Source of the DNA: Eremomyces bilateralis CBS 781.70
Taxonomy: Eukaryota
Direction: 5' to 3' (one strand)
Length of the DNA: 64,000 nt
Assembly (NCBI GenBank): GCA_010015585.1
Contig: ML975159.1
The translations under genes and the position numbers were made by a program. The notes below the pieces were generated by a model. The model saw nothing but the letters and a program-made list of their open reading frames with translations. It was not told where the DNA came from and did not search any database. Each line of letters opens with the position of its first letter. Position 1 is the first letter of the stretch. Shown here in pieces: positions 10,061 through 24,000 of the stretch.

Positions 10061-11135
10061 ATGGCCGCTATGATGCCCAGCTCATCAGGAGGCGGATCCA
10101 ACCCGCCATTCCGCTACGACAACGACGCCGTCGAGCAAGACCTAATCGACCCCGACGATGGTAAGTCCAGATCCATCCGTTTGCTTTGCGCCAGCCTCGC
10201 AGAACCCTTCCTCCTCTCCGCTCCATAATACCAATATACCCCCAATCCTAACTCCATCCAGCCAACCTGGACGACCTCGACGACCCCCTCCAATCCACCT
10301 CCGACCGCGCCCCCCTAACCGGCTCCATCCAATCCCGCCCCGGCAACCCCTCCACCCAATCCTACCTCACCTCCCAAATCCCCGGCGAAGACCGCCGCGC
10401 CACCACGAGCACTATCGACGAGTCCGTCTGGGACACCCTCCGCCGCGACCTCCTCGGCGTCTGGGAGAAGATGCGCCAGGTGCTGTACCCGAAATACCTG
10501 TTGGGCGGGATGCTGGCGCGGTCAGGAGGGGTCGGCGCGGAGGAGAGGGGCGAGGCAGGTGTGGGGAGCGGAGCAGGGGCACGGTTTGAGGCGCTGAGAG
10601 GGGTGGTGGGACGGTGGCCGGATGCGGAGACGGTGTTGGAAGGGGGGATGAGTGAGGGATTGAGAGATTGGGATCTGTGGGGTCCGTTGCTGTTTTGTTT
10701 GCTGCTGGCGTTCTTGCTGTCGAGGGGCGCGCAGGATGAGCAGAAGAGTTTGGTATTCTCGGGGGTGTTTGCAATGGTGTGGATTGGAGAGGCGGTCGTG
10801 ACGTTGCAGATTAAGTTGCTGGGAGGAAACATGTGAGTACCCCAAACCTATACCCGCTTCGGTATTCCCGCTAACAAAACCCTAGATCATTTTTCCAGTC
10901 AATATGTATCATCGGATACACCCTCTTCCCTCTCGTCATTGCCTCGCTCCTCTCCGCTCTCAACACACCCATTATTGTGCGGATTCCAGTTTACATCGTC
11001 CTTGTTGCGTGGTCGCTAGCAGCCGGTGTCAGCATCCTCGGTGGGTCAGGGGTCGTGCGAAACCGTGTGGGCATTGCGGTTTATCCGCTCTTTGTGTTTT
11101 ATATCGGCTTGGGATGTCTCTGCTTTATTACTTAA
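10061..11135 (+). CDS. YIP4: Yip1-domain Golgi membrane protein (Yip4/YIPF6-like)
   Basis: Exons 10061-10160, 10262-10832 and 10886-11135. Motifs TIDESVWDTLRRDL, LRDWDLWGPLLFCLLL and LLGGNISFFQSICIIGYTLFP. Confidence 0.85.
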
Positions 11136-11811
11136 TAGGGCAAGCTGAAAATATCATCGAAGGTCGAGCTTCGAAGATCGCTCGCCACTGCGCTGGGAAA
11201 TATGTACGGTATTTGTAGAGATGCATAGTTAGGAGTTTGGGGGCGAACGACAGTATCTCAGACCTTTTTTAATTCGTAAACCACCTATCCAGGTATTGTT
11301 GTGAGGGATGACGTTCCTACGTCTGTCTACTATCTTCACAGCCGCCGGTCGCCATATTTCAGCAGAACAGCGCTAAAGACGGTTTCGACTTCGCAGTGAA
11401 CTGCTGCATTTTCAGTGACCATCAATAGACCCCTCGAGCCTATTAAACCGTTATGAAGACCTCCTTCAGCCGATATATGAAGTGTTGGCGGTGATAGCCG
11501 TACACCTGTGGGCATCCATCCTCCCGTCCTGTGGATCTGAATATCTTCGTTCCAGTTTTAGCAACCTACTACATTTATTTTCTTAACATCACACGTATTG
11601 AATTGGTTTCCGTATATAGTATAGACTACATTCTCGTCTCTTTTCTTAATTTTTCAGGTCCCAGTATTGCGATCGACGGGTTGTTTCTTCAAGAGTCATT
11701 CGAATAGCTGGATTTGGCATAAGCATCAATCTCTTCTATCCACGCCAGTCCAAGTCTCCAAGAGCTGGGAAAACATATAAACATCAATTCCGCCGTTCAA
11801 CTCTTCTCAAA

Positions 11812-13311
11812 ATGTCCCAACCCCTCCAACACACCGACCTCATCTTCCCCGAACTCGCCACCGACTTCAACAAAACCCTCGGCTCCCTCAAATCCCACAC
11901 CCTCTCCATCCCCAACCGCCTCCGCTCCATCCTCACCGACGCCTCCTTCGTCACCTCCGTCGCTCACGCCTACCACCTCCCCCTCGTCGCCAACGAGCGC
12001 TGCGGCTCCTGGTACATCCCTCCCTCCCTCAAATCCGCCTCCGCCTACTTCAAGTCTACCGACGGCCACTTCGCCCAATGGTCCTTCTCCCTCCGCCGCC
12101 TCAACCTCCCGCTCCTCGGCCTCCTGCCCCACCACGGCGGCGCTATTATCGTCGATTCCACCCGCCGCGGGAAGAAGATCCCCGACGCCCTCAGCAAGAC
12201 CGTTCCCATCTGGTGCGCCGTCTGGAATCGTCTGCTTCGCCCGGACGACCCGGAGTGTCACGCACTGGCGACCCCCCCGTCCGCTGTATCCCGCTCCGAG
12301 CACGCGCAGATCGCCGCTCGTCTAGACCAGTTCATCGCGCAGGCGAAGGTGCTCGACCTGGACCTCGAGCCGCTCCGCCAGGAGCTAAAGAAACCGCTCC
12401 GTCCTCTCTGGGTGACCACGGATTCCATCCTCCCCGATTCCTCTCCGCAGTTCGACGAGTTCTACCCCATTGTCTGCTGTACGTCGTCGCGCGCCGTCGG
12501 AGGCGCAGAGATGTCGGAAGGGGGGTATATCCAGGGGGCGGGGGATGATGCCGAAGGATGGAGTCGCGGGCTCACGGCGCCGGTGTTCTGGGCGAATAAG
12601 GAGGCGTTGCTGGGGGCGCCGGAAGGGGATTTGCCGGAGATTATTGAGGGGTTGATGGCGCGGGAGGAGGGTGAGAGGCGGGGTGGGGAGAAGGGAGAGG
12701 CAGCGCTGGTGAAGCCGACGAGGGGACTTTATCTTGGGAGGGTTGGGGCGGTGGATGGTGGGCCATTCGGGGTTGTGGTGCAGTGTGGGGCGGAGGCGGA
12801 TGAAGTGGTGCAGAAACGGTTGGGGAAGAGATATCTATATCTGAATCCTGGAGAAAAGAAGGTAGGAGGTCGATATCTTCGGCACCTACTTCCGCGCGTG
12901 AAGTTTTTTATCGAAGGCCTGGAAAAGGACGACGAGGCGAAAGAGACGGGGAAGGCGGTAGATGACGATGTGAAGGTTCTGATATGCGATGACGAGGGGA
13001 AAGACATCGCAGTGGGAGTGGCGTTGGTCGTATGTTGTCTGTTCTATTCTGATGACGGTAAGTTGCGTTCAATCGCGTCTGAAGATTCTTCACGCATCCG
13101 CTTCAAACCAGCTGGATTGTTACATTGGCGAATATTGTCTAATATTCCATTAGGGACATTCAGCACGCAAGCAAGAACAACCAGGATCGACAAGGACTTC
13201 ATACGCCGACGGCTAGGCTGGATAGTCTCCTCGTCCTCAACCGCGAATCCATCGAGGGCGACGTTGAGATCCGTGAATGAGTTTCTGATGAGCCAACGGT
13301 ATGGTGGGTAA
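11812..13311 (+). CDS. RIT1: Initiator tRNA A64-2'-O-ribosylphosphate transferase
   Basis: Motifs ANERCGSWY, YFKSTDGH, WSFSLRRLN, VDSTRRGK, YIQGAGDDAEGW and NPSRATL. Probable 96-nt intron at 13058-13153. Confidence 0.95.
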   Translation: MSQPLQHTDLIFPELATDFNKTLGSLKSHTLSIPNRLRSILTDASFVTSVAHAYHLPLVANERCGSWYIPPSLKSASAYFKSTDGHFAQWSFSLRRLNLPLLGLLPHHGGAIIVDSTRRGKKIPDALSKTVPIWCAVWNRLLRPDDPECHALATPPSAVSRSEHAQIAARLDQFIAQAKVLDLDLEPLRQELKKPLRPLWVTTDSILPDSSPQFDEFYPIVCCTSSRAVGGAEMSEGGYIQGAGDDAEGWSRGLTAPVFWANKEALLGAPEGDLPEIIEGLMAREEGERRGGEKGEAALVKPTRGLYLGRVGAVDGGPFGVVVQCGAEADEVVQKRLGKRYLYLNPGEKKVGGRYLRHLLPRVKFFIEGLEKDDEAKETGKAVDDDVKVLICDDEGKDIAVGVALVVCCLFYSDDGKLRSIASEDSSRIRFKPAGLLHWRILSNIPLGTFSTQARTTRIDKDFIRRRLGWIVSSSSTANPSRATLRSVNEFLMSQRYGG

Positions 13312-13659
13312 AGCTGGCTAGATGTCGGTACTTGCAAGTACATCTGACTCGGACCCGTACTCGTTGGAATCATGCATATCTATGTTGGGTATGGTATGGT
13401 ACGGTATATCTGTATTACTCGATTCCCTTGGTGCCTGACTGACTGATCTGACAGATGAGCCACCTACATGATGACCACGGCCGTATCCAAAAGTAAAAAC
13501 TTTCTCATCCAGGTATGCCTCAACCAAACATTCGCATACGTCCAAAGTATGGGAACAACGCCGGTCCTGAATGCCATCCGATGCGCCTCTTGCTGGTGCA
13601 AATCATAGCACATACTCACCGGCCCCCTTCAGCTGTCCTCCCATCTCACCAATCCGGCC

Positions 13660-15714
13660 TCACCGATTCGACCTCACCCCCTCCGCACTCTCCCCAACCC
13701 GAAACGTCAACATCCCTGCCGCAACCGCACACAACCCCCCAAACCTCAACGCCCACGCCACGCTCGTATCTCCCGGCGTCCCCCGCGGCTTCTGCAGCAA
13801 CTTGAAGATCAAACTACAAATCAGTGTCGCTAGTACCTGCGGCGCCGACACCGCAACGTTGTGAATCCCGAGAATCACCCCCGCCTGATCGACCGCGCCA
13901 TCCTCGCCGGATGCTAGCAGGTTCCCCTCCACGGTCGGCGGCGGTTTGATCAGGCCCCGGCGGATCGCGTCGCGCTTCGAGACCTCAGAGGCGATCAGCG
14001 CGAACGGCGCCCACATGGTGACGGCCCAGGGGATTCCGACGGCGCCGATGATGATCTTGGCAAAGGTGACGTTGCGGGCGAGGATGGTGAGCCACATGAG
14101 GGCGGCGTAGACGAAGTGGGAGAGAAGCCAGGTGCGGCGGAGGGTGAGGCTGTCGATTTGGATGCGCGTCTCCCAGGTGTTGAGGACCCGGCGGACGGCA
14201 CTCCATTTCTTGGATTGCGGTTTTAGGTGGCCGGATCCAGATATGCTAGTGGTGGGGGTGAGCGCGGTGCTGGCGCGGCCGTTGCCGGAGGGGTCGGGCG
14301 TGATGAAGGCGGGCGCAATGATGAAGGGGAGGAAGATGCTTGCGAGGAGTGTCATCAGGGCGAAGACGAGGAGTGCGTCGGTCCCGACGCGGGTGCCGCG
14401 GACCCACAGCTCCTCGACCTTCTCCGGGTCCATGTGCGGATCGGCTTGGAGGTACGGCTCGACGTAGATCTCGCCGATGTAGGTGGTCACGTAGAAGAGG
14501 AACGGGAACCAGGCGAGCCAGGCCATGAATTGCACGAGGCAGATCTTCTCGATCTGCGGAGGGAGTCGGCGGAACGCGCGGAACAGGTCGGCGAGGATGT
14601 GGAGAAGGCCGTCTTCCCGGTCGGGTGGCTCGCCGTCCAGACGAGGATCGCGCTCGTGCACGGTGGCGCAGCTTAGGATGTTGGTTAACGCAATGACGAG
14701 CGCTGCGATGGCGCAAAGGACTTGGAACTGGGTCTTTCCTAGGAAGGGGAAGATCTTGGGGAGATCGGCTCCGCCGGCAAGGAAACAAGCGATGTTGCCG
14801 ACGCCGTTCAGTCGTGATGCCCAGGCATTGGCGGTATCCTGCTGGTGCGTCGGAGCGCAGTCGACGATATACGCTCGAAGTCCCGCTTGTACTGGGGAGT
14901 GGTCAGCTATCAGCATTCGAGGCATCGCATGGGTACTTACAAGTATTGATCGCAAAGTCGAGAACATAAACAAAAATCACTGCAAACACTGCGACCGAGG
15001 TCTTGACACCCGACGACTCTCGATCCGCGCCAAATAGTCCAAGAAATCCCCCGACGATCTCCCTGGACCATGAGAGTGACAGGAGCGACAATACCGTCGC
15101 GATGCAACCTCCGACAATGAATGGTCTCCGCTTGCCCCATCTCATCCTACATCGGTCACTCTTGATACCGACATATGGCTGGACGATGACGCCCGATAAT
15201 GGTCCGGCAAGCCATACTAAGGACAAGAGCGATTTGCTGATCCCGAGGGAGAGAAGAAATGGCTAGACCGGCGTTAGTAGAGATGCGCAATAATGGGATT
15301 CCATAACCGTCAAGCCGTACCGACCCATAGGAAGTTTCCACACCCCATCCAATCTGCAGTCTATATTCCGTTAGTGTACCATCGTCCAAACCCCATTAGA
15401 AGCAATACTACTCACCCAATCTGCCCAACCGTCAACAGGATCAAATACCCCAACGTCTTCGTCTCCTCGCCCTTGTGAAGCTGCCATTCATCGCTTCCCA
15501 GCGGAGAGTTCACGTCGGCCTCACTGTCATCCTCCGAGTCACTGGGATGAAGCAATGGAGACTGCTCATTCCGGTCCTCCTCTTCTACCACACGTCTCTG
15601 GCTATTCGTCGAGTTCCGCGGCGAGTTGGACGGCTTCGTCGGCGCATTCGCGCGTCGTTTGGATGACCCGGGATCTTCATGCGCCGACCGTGGTGAGGAG
15701 GATTTACCGGACAT
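13660..15714 (-). CDS. Sucrose / general alpha-glucoside:H+ symporter (Sut1-like, GPH/MFS)
   Basis: Exons 15714-15416, 15360-15321, 15262-14941 and 14891-13660. Motifs GGLQIGW, WLAGPLSG..VQPYVG..SDRC..WGKRRPF and GIHNVAVSAPQ. Confidence 0.9.
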
Positions 15715-16176
15715 AATCGCGCTGTTCTATACTCGTATACGGTACCTGTATAGTACTCCGGGCGGCTGGCTATTCGCGGAGATGGAGGTCGAGGCAGAGT
15801 CGATTGTGGAGATGGGTCGCATCGCTCCGGGAATTCCAAAGGGCAGACAAGGCCTAGAGGATCCTAGGTGTACGGACTAGCTACTATAAAGGAGAAAAGC
15901 AAAGTCGGCACATTTGTACAGCTGCAAGAGAGCGTGTGATACAGAGAATCGGGGGTGTCGGAGGTCAAGTGGTCAGGGACCTCCGAATACGTACGACGAT
16001 GTCATTCCAGAGGGATGCCTCAGGCGATAAGGCGATCATGCCTATTGTTCACCATCCGCCGAAAGCTCCGATATCTAACTTCATCTCCGCATGCATCCAC
16101 CAACACTTTTTATATCTCACCGTCTGTCCACTATTCCCGTTGGGTATTGGGAGAAGCAGGACCGGTGCTACCCAAA

Positions 16177-17535
16177 ATGCTCTCCGGCATCATAATATTC
16201 AACCAGAAGGGCGAAACCCTCATCTTTCGAGGTTTCCGACAGGACTGCCGCCCCCGCCTCGCCGACATCTTTCGCATCCAGGTCATCTCCAATGCCCACG
16301 TCCGCTCGCCCATCCTCACCCTCGGCTCCACCACATTCAGCCATGTCAAGCACGAGAACATCTACATCGCCGCCGTTACGAAGAGCAATGCCAATGCCGC
16401 GCTCGTCTTCGAGTTCCTGTACCGGTTTGTCAGCTTGGGGAAGAGCTACTTCACCAAGCTCGACGAGGAGGCTGTGAAGAATAACTTCGTGCTGGTGTAC
16501 GAGCTGCTCGATGAGATTGTGGATTTCGGATATCCGCAGAACACCGAGACCGAGACGTTGAAGATGTACATCACCACCGAAGGCGTGAAATCCGAGCGGA
16601 CCATGCAGGACACCAGCAAGATCACCATGCAAGCCACCGGCGCCTTGTCATGGCGCCGATCCGACATCAAGTACCGCAAAAACGAAGCCTTCGTCGACGT
16701 CATCGAGGATGTCAACCTCTTGGTCTCCGCCACCGGCATGACCCTCCGCGCCGACGTCAGCGGCCAGATCATCATGCGCGCCTACCTCTCCGGCACCCCC
16801 GAGTGCAAATTCGGCCTCAACGACCGCCTCACCCTCGGCGAAGACACCATCGACGGCCCCACCGGCAACAAAGCCGGCACCAAAGCCACGCGCGCCGCCG
16901 CCGGCACCGTCAACCTCGAGGACTGCCAGTTCCACCAGTGCGTCAAGCTCGGCAAGTTCGACACCGACCGCATCATCTCGTTCGTGCCACCCGATGGCGA
17001 GTTCGAGTTGATGCGCTACCGCGCGACCGAGAACATCAACCTGCCGTTCAAGGTGCACGCCATCGTCAACGAGGTCAACAAGACTAAGGTCGAGTACAGC
17101 ATCGCAATTCGCGCGAACTATGGGAGCAAGCTGTTCGCGACGAATGTCGTGGTGCGGATTCCGACGCCACTGAATACCGCGGACGTGACCCCCCGCACGA
17201 GTCAGGGGAAGGCGAAGTATGAGCCGGAGCAGAATAACATCGTGTGGAAGATCGCGAGGTTTACGGGGCAGAGTGAATACGTGCTAAGCGCCGACGCAAC
17301 GTTAACGAGCATGACGAACCAAAAGGCGTGGAGTCGGCCGCCGTTGAATTTGAGTTTCAGCTTGTTGATGTTTACGAGCTCAGGGCTGTTGGTGCGGTAT
17401 TTGAAGGTGTTTGAGAAAAGTAGTTATAGCAGTGTGAAGTGGGTGCGGTATATGACGAGGGCGGGAAATTATGAGATACGGTAAGTTCTAATTTGTGGCA
17501 CATTGGAGGATATCACTAACGATTCCAGATTCTAA
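16177..17535 (+). CDS. APM4: AP-2 adaptor complex mu subunit
   Basis: Starts MLSGIIIFNQKGE at 16177. Motifs VKNNFVLVYELLDE, SWRRSDIKYRKNEAF and FVPPDGEFELM. Ends KWVRY...YEIR|F* across a terminal intron at 17481-17528. Confidence 0.95.
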
Positions 17536-18148
17536 GCGTTGGATGGGCTTCAAAACGATACCATGGCCGGGTAAAGTTGATCCTGCATCGTATGGAGTCC
17601 GGAGTTAAAACCACAAGCAATTTTTGGTGCCAGTCGTCGGCATTGGAATAACTAGTTGCCATGCGTCGTCGGACGTCGTTGGATTGATTTTATATTCATC
17701 TCATCTATACGCTGCATCCAGACTGCGGACGGTGGAAAACGCTGTTCGATTTTGGAGATCGATAACATCTGCTGTTGTGAATTCGATTAACTTGAAGATA
17801 ATATGCAGCTATTGTATGCTTCTCCTTTGTAGCATTGTACCTTTTTTATACTCCAACTCCAGCACCTCGACGGGTTTGCCTTTGTGTGGCACACTCCCGT
17901 ACGGGCCAGCATGATCAATCCCCTATCTCAAACCACCTCGCTCTGATCGAGTTATCCTCCCCTAGTCACCAAACTACGGGATTTGCAACAAGGAGGAATA
18001 TCCGATGTCGCGGGGGGTCGACATGGGGTGAAGGTCGAGTCTTTTCCAATCCCCCTTTAGGATCCCGTTCGGCATTCAGGAGTGTCCGGGCCATATAAAT
18101 CGAATATATCCAGAAACGATGGCTGCCCTTGCGATGCCATCTCTCAAC

Positions 18149-18937
18149 TTAGGATTCGATTCCTGCGTCTCCTTCGAACATCCACCGGTCATCATCAATC
18201 GATGCGATCTTCGCTTGCAAGCTGGCGTGCAGTGCAGCCTTCAGTTCCGCTACACATCGTCAGCATTCTAGACCAATTTCTCAAACCCACAAGACATCCA
18301 ATCCACGCCAGAAATTCGGGAGCCTCAAGGAAATCCAGCGACAAGCACTTCTCATAAAAACGTACCATTTGGTTCCACATCCTTATGCATTCGATACGAC
18401 TCAATCACCTGATTCTGCGCCTCTATCATCCCCAATCATTAGCACTCTCCATATCAACCCAACCATCGTCCTCGCTCACTCACCTTGCTCCTCCCCCTCC
18501 TCATCCCTGGGCACCGCCATCCCCGCCGGCCGATCCACCCTCACAACCCCCCTCTCATCCCTCACCAAGATCTCCAGCTCCTCCCCACCCCCTTCCTCCA
18601 TTCCTCCCCTCCCTCCCCCTCCTACATCAAACGCCCCATCCAACCCTCCTATCCCACCACCCCTCCCCGCCGCTGCCGCCACCCCGCCCGGCGGATGAAG
18701 ATGCAGATGCTGGTCCGCGACGCCGGGGGCGAAGGAGTGGTGCGGTGGTGGACGGCGGGAGAGGTTGGAGGCGAAGAGGTTGCGGGCGCGGGTGCTGGTT
18801 GACGGTGCGGTGTTGGAAGGGGGGATGGTGGTGGAGGTGGAGGACGGGGCGGTGGTGCGAGAACCGTGGGATGTGGAGCGGGAGGTGGTGGAGAGGAGGG
18901 AGGGGGCGGGATGGTTGGGGTTGCTGGGGGGCGGCAT
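18149..18937 (-). CDS. Small fungal protein, low-complexity N-terminus, C-terminal SIDDDRWMFE motif
   Basis: Exons 18937-18484, 18422-18366 and 18249-18149 with consistent phases. Ends AELKAALHASLQAKIASIDDDRWMFEGDAGIES*. Confidence 0.7.
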
Positions 18938-21095
18938 TTTGGATGAAGTGTGCGCGTGGTGGTGGTTGGTTGGTGTGATGGAAGAGAATTGGAGAAGGGA
19001 CAAATGTTCGGTTCGCTATTGGAGGCGCTGATCTTTCTTTTTGGCGGTTGTTCGGTGTCCACGGTGAAAGAAATGCCTATTCAAGAATGTCTCTAGGTCT
19101 TTGTCCGTGCTCTTTCTATTCAAACTAGGCGGATCACGGTCCGCAGATCATCATGTGCCTGACCCTTGTAGATGGATAGGGGAATGTAGGTGCATATATT
19201 TTTAAAGTCCGGATATATTGGACGCCAGCTGAACCTTCATTCAAGAAACGTCGGTGTATGGGGGTTCCGCAGAAGGGGAGATGATGAATAGTCTGGGAAA
19301 ATACAGGAGGAACGAAGTCGCTCAGGGAGTGGTACGACGCTTCCGTTTCCTGTCAGGAACATGCTACAGGTACTTGGTTAGCTCCATGATCGTCCAACCC
19401 ATAATACATCAAACCCAATATTATATGGCAGAATGGGAGGTATTGACACATGTAGTCCTGGTCTTGAGATTAGTACTATTGACCACATTCTACAAAAATA
19501 GACACCTGAGGAATCTAACACTAACTGAAAACTCATAAGGCAACAATTTCTCTTCTCCACTGAAGTCAAGTGTGACATTGTAAGTGTGCGTGGGGGAAAC
19601 GTGGGGGTCGAATTCCATCCCGCCTCTTTCGCTGAAACATATCTTCGCTTGACAATGCGACTTACAGGTTACATTTCACAACCCCCTAATCATGTATGAA
19701 CTAGGGACTGGACGCACCATAACGGGAATCCCACGTGCTAAGCAACGAAATCAACCCCCAGAATGAAAAACTGCCTTACGATATGCAACGACGAGATTGA
19801 GGATGGGCTGCGGCGCCGGACTCATGCACGAGGAAGAGCCAGGAACAGTTGGCGAGGGTCATGTGAAGTTCTAGTGTTACTCTACTGCCCATACCCCGTG
19901 CTCGATGCAACAAAACTAAAATCGCGGAATCGGGAATACGCGACACCGTGGAGGCCATTCGAGCAATCCTGCGTCTCTGCCTTGTGGATCGACGATGCGA
20001 CATGCATCGATGAAGGAAATGAAGGCGAAGGGTGGGACACTGGGATTAAACTCCCACGCAACTTGATCGACGCTCGATTAGAGCATATTCCTATGAATAT
20101 GTTATCCACGGAGCTGCTTAAAGGTGCGGGATTCGTCTCCCACGCCCTACTGCCTCGACTGCATTAGTCCGGCACCTTAGCAGATCTCACTAGTGATGCC
20201 TGCTAGACATATAGGTAGGTAGCCTCCTGCCTTGCCACACCGCCGTGAGTTCGCATGCAAATGTCTTTCCTCCGTGGGATCGCATCCCACCTTTCGAGAA
20301 CACGCAACTGCTGACCTAGTATCGAACTTCCGAGTATTAGAGAGGATATGGCTGGGGCCTCCACGGTGCGATATGGTTGGATATCCTCGTCTTCTCCTGA
20401 TGTTGTGCGGCGATCGGAGATGCTCTCCTCTGAGAGGATATGCAGCGGAAATAGCTCTCCGTGCACTCATCCTAGTATGTTTATCTCTCATCCGCATGTT
20501 TGGCATCAACGCGGTGTAGGATAGGAGGAGTGGTTGGATTCATGATTGGACCTAGCAGGTGCGTGAGGTTGTGGCCCTCGCCATATTCAAGTTCGAATGC
20601 TCAATAGGTTGCAAATCGTGCACTTGCCCCTGAAATCGGGAGGAACACCTTGGGAGCCCAGGCGTCCACGCCAAATGATATTTGATGCTAGGGACCGAGA
20701 TTTTATAGGTAGCGTAATTCGTACTGTACAAATCATTATACAGAGTTCTCTCGCAAGACGCTCTCTTAAGCGTACCAAACCACTGCCCAGTAATAATCCG
20801 AAAATATAACCGTAGGCTGGGACGTCTAAGTACAAACCGAAAGGGACTCAAGCCTCACAACTGTCACAAATAGCGACAGAGGCAAGTCCAGGACAAAGAA
20901 ACCATTCATCGTCAAACCGTAACCGTCATAAAAACCGAAAAGTGACCGTCCCTATGGTCCGTTCGCTCATTCATCCCGAAATACGCCCAAGCTCGATCGC
21001 TACCGTCCTTCCTAAACACAATACCCAACGATTCACGCTCGCCGTCCACTTAGTACATGCCATTTCCACAAGCTCAACCAATACAAAAGCACCGC

Positions 21096-24000
21096 TTAGA
21101 ACATCTTGCGCTCAGGGAACACCAAATCGCCATACTCTACATTCGCCCCATCAAACCCAAAGTGTTCGTCAGTCCTAATATTTGGGTTGATATGATGGTG
21201 ATGCATCCCATGCAAACTCCCCTGCCTCTGCATCGTCAAATTATGATGCCCCTGCTCACTCACCAGCGAGCTATCCCTGCTTCCGCGTTCATGCTTCGCG
21301 TTCGCGGATGCCGAGTCGACGGACGACGGCCCCGTGCTGGCACCATATGACGCATTCGACGAGGCAGAGGCAGGTGGGGAGCTGGAGGAGTGGAATTCGG
21401 GGGAGGTGGTGGCGATGCGGCGATGTTTGCCCCGGCCTTTGATGCCTTTGTTGGAGTTGCGGTACAGGCGCGCGAAGTATTCCCAGAGGTCCTTGTCTTG
21501 GGCGGTGACTGGGTCGCCTTCGCGGATCGAGGAGAATTTGTGGGCTAGGAAGCGAAGGGTGGCGGAGTGGAATTTGTTTTGGTGGGACTGTGGTTCAGTC
21601 GTGTCAGTCAACATCGTTCATGCAAAGAATAGGAGGATTTTCCGGGGATCGAGTGATTGATATATGCACAGGCGAGGGAATAAACCGCCCGCCTGCAGGC
21701 AAAGATATCGGTTTCGTATAGGAAAGCTCCACATACCTTGAGGTTCCCTAGCTGCGTGAACTGCTTTCCGCAATCATCAAGCAGACATGTAAATGGCTTG
21801 ATTTGCAGATGCACGATCTGATGCGCTCGTACGTTGCCTCGCTGTGCGAAAGTCTTACCGCACTCCTCGCAGCTATATGGTCGCTCGCCGGTATGTCGTC
21901 GTTCATGGGTCTGGAATCACCAGTCAGTGGCAGTTCCGGTGCGCCATGGGGTTTGAAATTACCTTAAGATTTCCCAGTTGTGTGAATCGTTGGCCGCATG
22001 ATGGCTCTTTACAGATCTGGCGGAGCGTCAGTATACCGTTCACGCCCAATCCTGGGATGCTGGACGTACAAATGGCTTAAAACCAGTGTGGGCACGGGTA
22101 TGGATATCCAGGTGAGTCTTCTGGGAGAAGAGCTTGTCGCAGCCCGGAATACGGCATACATATTTCTTTCGGGCTTTCCCAGTTGCCCGTCCCATTTTCT
22201 TTTGATGTTGCGGATATGAACGAGATTCATTCTGGGAATTCACCGCCTCGAACCCGTTCACTAAACCAGCTCGTTCACTCGACGCTCTTGCTGCTGTCTC
22301 AGTCTTGCTCTGAATGGTCCTCATCAACGTGTCTACGTCCGTTGAGAAGTTGATCCCAGTCTCAGCATTCACTGAATCAGCTCCGCTCATCTCAGTCGCC
22401 ATGAGCGAATCTTTGAGCATCTGCGGTGACTGAATAGGTGACTCCATCTCCACTTTGATCGGTTGATGAATGGCGGCACCGTTCCGTACTTCGGGAATGC
22501 GAGGGACTCCGGTCGAGATGTCCGAAGCAGTTTGGTAAGACACGGCATGAGTATGTGCCGTGGAAGCTGGCATGCTCACATAGGAAGGCGGCATGCTATA
22601 CTGATGTACTCCCATAGCCTCAATGCCATATGCCGTCTGATGCATGGGAATTGAGCTGTTCATGCCCGTCGTAAATGTTCGCATGCTCATATCGAAGGGG
22701 AACGGCTGCGAGTTAGGGACCGCGGTGGCAGATCGGCTGCCTAAATCGTAGGAAGAGAATGCCATGGTAGAGGACGGCATATGTAGCATATTGTAACTCA
22801 TCCTACGCTCCTGCCACGTACCGCCATGCGGGGCAACCACGGCAGCCATATGTACGCCTGGGAGAGGAAACCTGAGGAGGAAGGAAGCAACAGGTTAGGA
22901 ATGTGTCGAATGGCTGGCTGGTGAGGAGCAGATATAGTGTTGGAAAGGACAATGTAACAAGATATGTAACAACAACGGATGCTGTTCAGGTGCTGAATCG
23001 AATCACAAGTTTATGTATGTGACGCCTTCACTGTCACAGGCAGAAACCACACTTGTGATGTTACGGAGCCGTACGAAATTATATCGCTGAGGGTGGAAAG
23101 ATGGAAGTAAATATATGTGAGGATATACAAGCTCGGTGGGATAAGTGGGATGAGTGAACAGACTATCAGGTGGAGAAAGACAAAATTGATATCGACTGAT
23201 AATGGCTCGCCAAAGCGTATGAGGAAGCAGGAGATAGTTTCCGGATGGTCAAATATCAGTTGAAGAGTTCCTTGGGAAGTAGATATGTGAGACCCCCAAA
23301 GTGTTTATGCTAGCATCCCACTCCCTCTCCTCTGTCTGGATCTTGACACCTCCACCGTAATGGACTGGGGTCCAAGGCAAGTACCGATATTCATGGCTAA
23401 TGCCAAGGCAACCCGGATCCTGGGCTAGGGTGGGAGACATTGAGACTTGAGGCTATTGTTGTTAGTATGTGAATATTACTCCGTACAGAGTATGGAGTGG
23501 GATTGTTGTCCGGGTTTACAACCTACATCTGGATGTACGGTAGGGAAGACGTTAGGGAGATGTCAAGGGATGCTGGGTCGAAGGATTGGCGTGACGGCCC
23601 CGAGGACGGGTTTCCTAATGTGGCGGTATTAGTGTGAGATGTGGATAATTGAGGGGGGGTTATCGAAAATGTCAGTGTTTTGAATTGGTAGGGGTGGGAG
23701 GTCGATGTCGATAGAGCCATGTCGCATAGACCGATCCATGATCCTGGCTTCTCTCCCGCTCTGTACGGAATGGATCGAGGATTATGACTGAGGCGGCCCA
23801 CTGTTGGTGGTGACCATGTCGTTTGCCACTTGGCAGGTTCGGTAGTCCCAGCTAAGATCTGTATCGTCATCGTACTGAATAGCCTCGAGATAGATCTGGA
23901 ATCAAGACGGTAATCTGTCTCGGACATTTCTTCGATTTTTGAAAATACAACTAAATTCAAAATGTAGAGAGAAAACACTTCTGACTTGATATGTATTCTT

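Noticed and set aside
15955..16176. N-terminal extension of AP-2 mu
   Set aside because: GTG start; the conserved protein begins at the ATG at 16177.
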